Below are positions 62,090-64,000 of a DNA stretch of 64,000 bases, in pieces; positions within the stretch are counted from its first letter, which is position 1, and each line of letters begins with the position of its first letter. The position numbers and the translations under genes are program-made. Source of the DNA: Alphaproteobacteria bacterium (GTDB taxonomy: Bacteria; Pseudomonadota; Alphaproteobacteria; UBA2966; CAIVPW01). The stretch is taken from positions 15 through 64,014 of the forward strand of contig CANKGV010000015.1 in assembly GCA_947481575.1 (NCBI GenBank). The letters are read 5' to 3'. The notes beneath the pieces are model-generated. The model was not told where the DNA came from and did not search any database. It saw nothing but the letters and a program-made list of their open reading frames with translations.

Positions 62090-63772
62090 CTATAGGGCGG
62101 TGCCTGCGCCGCGAGGCGTAGTCGTCGTTGCGACGCCACCCGGCATCGGCACGACCGCGCCCATGGACTCCTCGGTCCACGCGACAATCGCAAATGCCGT
62201 GTCGCCCGCGCCTTCGGGCGGTTCGACGTACTTCACTTCGTCCTGCGGGCACTTACTCTGCACCAACCGCGACACGACGATCTCACCCGGACCAGCCCGG
62301 CCGCATAGGCGAGCGGCCTCGGGCACAGGGGAACCAGTCAATCCATCCTTGCCTTGCACGGGTCGTCCCAAGGCAACTCCAACCGCGAGGTCGAGCGGGA
62401 GGTCGGGATTGGCCCGCGAATAGAACGCAGTGGCCCGTTGCATGGCGACCGCGGACCGGATCGCCTGCAATGGCTCGGCAAAGGCGATCAGCATTCCTGT
62501 CCGTCCGGTCGTTCCGTCACCTGGCATCGACTTGATCTCCTGCCCACCGAAGCCGTCCAAGGACGAGCGAATGATGCGGTCGTGGAGGCTCGCCAGCACG
62601 CGCTGATTGGTTTCGTCCCCCTTGATACCCGGCGCGCGCATTCCCGTAGGCGCACCCGTAACAACCACAGTGACCACGCCGCCGCCAAACAGGATGCCGC
62701 TCGGTGCCCCGGCCTTGGCAATCCAACTATCGAGGGAATTCTCGAGGAACATTCCGATGTCAGTGCGCTGTTCGCCGCGCCACCGTGCTTCATCGTTGGC
62801 CGCGAGAGTCCCGTCGGCGGCCTTGGCCAAGACTTCGTCATCCCGCAAGGAAACCGTCATGGCCTCGCGTCCGGCGCGAAACACTTCGAGGTTCCTAGGT
62901 TCCAGCAGGTAGCCCTCGAGGTTGCGCGAGAGTTCCGTTGCGCGATCAAACGTACGGGCCGCTGCCAGGAGGCACGCGGACACCAACTCCTTGCGCTGTT
63001 CCGCCGTGGCGTTCAGCGGAGCCGCAGCCTCCGCCGCCCCAAGCAAAAAGAGGTCGTGCCCCAACTGCGCCTGGGAGTCGATCTTGCCATCGCGAAGAAA
63101 CCGCGAACCGGTGATGGAAAGAAATCCCAAGCACCGCGACATGAGCCCAACTACCGCCGCCTGTTGCTGCACCAATTCCCTTGCGACGGAGTTCACGGGT
63201 GCGGTCCCGGCCGCAGTCGCGTTCGGTGCACTGGATCCGGCCTTAGCGGGCAGGGGAGTAGCTGCGGCAGGAACCGCCTGTGCCGGCGGGGCAGCAACGG
63301 TCGCTGCAAGCACGGGAGAGGGCTCGTCGCGGAGTTCGCTTCGCGGAAGCACAGTGGGTTGGCGCGGTTCCAGTTGCGGTCGTAGGCCCGCCGCAGGAGC
63401 ATTGACCGCGCGACGAATCGCGATGCGGGCGGCAATCACGACGCCGACAAGCACCAGTGCCAAGGCGGCGACGGGGACGATCTGCCGCCCTAGTGAGGCA
63501 AGAGCGTCACCGCCACCAAACCCTGCGAGCACGTACACACCGGGAAGCAAGAGGCACAGGGCGAGTCCTGCCGCCACCATGGTGCCGGAGGCGCCCCGAC
63601 TCTTCGGGCCGTGCGAACCGGCAGTGTAACTGCGGCCCCGCAGCGCCTGCCGGCGCCGCCGCGCCTTTGCCACCATCGCGGCCAAGTCGGGGACGCCGGG
63701 GAGGTGGGGAGTCGTGAACACGACATCCTCATCGGTGTCGCGGGCATCGGCATCGGTGACCTCTTCGACCAC
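62090..63772 (-). CDS. Membrane-anchored protein with a C-terminal class III nucleotidyl cyclase-homology domain (catalytic residues substituted; possible pseudo-cyclase)
   Basis: N-terminal TM helices. The C-terminal region aligns with the CHD: VTVVVTGAPTGM (for FxDIxGFT; the first Asp is Thr), GFGGQEIKSMPGDG…MLIAF, LAVGVALGRPV, and GSPVPEAARLCGRAGPGEIVVS (for GDxVNxAARLE; the Asn is Pro). The N-terminal start is uncertain. Confidence 0.55.
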   Translation of the reverse strand: MVEEVTDADARDTDEDVVFTTPHLPGVPDLAAMVAKARRRRQALRGRSYTAGSHGPKSRGASGTMVAAGLALCLLLPGVYVLAGFGGGDALASLGRQIVPVAALALVLVGVVIAARIAIRRAVNAPAAGLRPQLEPRQPTVLPRSELRDEPSPVLAATVAAPPAQAVPAAATPLPAKAGSSAPNATAAGTAPVNSVARELVQQQAAVVGLMSRCLGFLSITGSRFLRDGKIDSQAQLGHDLFLLGAAEAAAPLNATAEQRKELVSACLLAAARTFDRATELSRNLEGYLLEPRNLEVFRAGREAMTVSLRDDEVLAKAADGTLAANDEARWRGEQRTDIGMFLENSLDSWIAKAGAPSGILFGGGVVTVVVTGAPTGMRAPGIKGDETNQRVLASLHDRIIRSSLDGFGGQEIKSMPGDGTTGRTGMLIAFAEPLQAIRSAVAMQRATAFYSRANPDLPLDLAVGVALGRPVQGKDGLTGSPVPEAARLCGRAGPGEIVVSRLVQSKCPQDEVKYVEPPEGAGDTAFAIVAWTEESMGAVVPMPGGVATTTTPRGAGTAL

Positions 63773-64000
63773 GGCCGCGCTGAGAGCGCCGGTCGCGGCG
63801 GGGGCACCGGTTGCGGCAGCGATCGCTTGACCGCGTTGATCCGCGCTGAAACTGCGGGGATGTCCCGCCCATTGTTGAAAATCGTGTGGCAGGCGTCATT
63901 GGTTGAGCAGGCTACGCAGCGTTGGCCTGCGGTTCAAGAGTAGCGTCGACCTCGTTCCTGGGGTGGCGGGCAGCCATGGCGGCGCGCAGGATGTCGAGTT

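Overview
This is a high-GC (~65%) chromosomal segment that looks alphaproteobacterial from its gene order (Rhodospirillales/Acetobacteraceae-like; this is inference). Most of it is densely packed housekeeping genes, including dgt-argS, scpAB, tatABC, serS, surE-pcm-nlpD, yajC-secDF, trmFO, uvrA/ssb, gyrA, coaD-queA-tgt, tRNA-Lys(TTT), rsmJ, recG/sdhE-mfd and mprF. Several accessory islands interrupt this backbone. (1) An intact PQQ-dependent XoxF/ExaF-type dehydrogenase gene carries the D-Y-D lanthanide-type motif. A convergent mono-haem c-type cytochrome and a decayed tandem partial duplicate lie downstream of it. A second, internally deleted copy 40 kb away keeps a 20-bp palindromic upstream motif that is identical to the one before the intact gene. 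(2) A three-gene NHEJ operon, ligD-ku-X, where X is a BRCT-like plus TPR protein that I do not know as a bacterial NHEJ component. (3) A GNAT (N-acyl amino acid synthase/autoinducer-synthase-like) domain fused to a cyclic-nucleotide-binding domain. It is followed by a stand-alone cNMP-binding-fold protein that lacks the phosphate-binding arginine. A membrane-anchored class III cyclase-homology protein with degenerate catalytic residues sits near the window end. (4) A GT2 / LAB_N / GT39 cassette that resembles undecaprenyl-phosphate-sugar-dependent lipid A/LPS glycosylation. (5) SerRS carries a ~48-residue insertion in its catalytic core. I saw no CRISPR arrays, transposases or integrases. Many long antisense ORFs in the track are high-GC artefacts.
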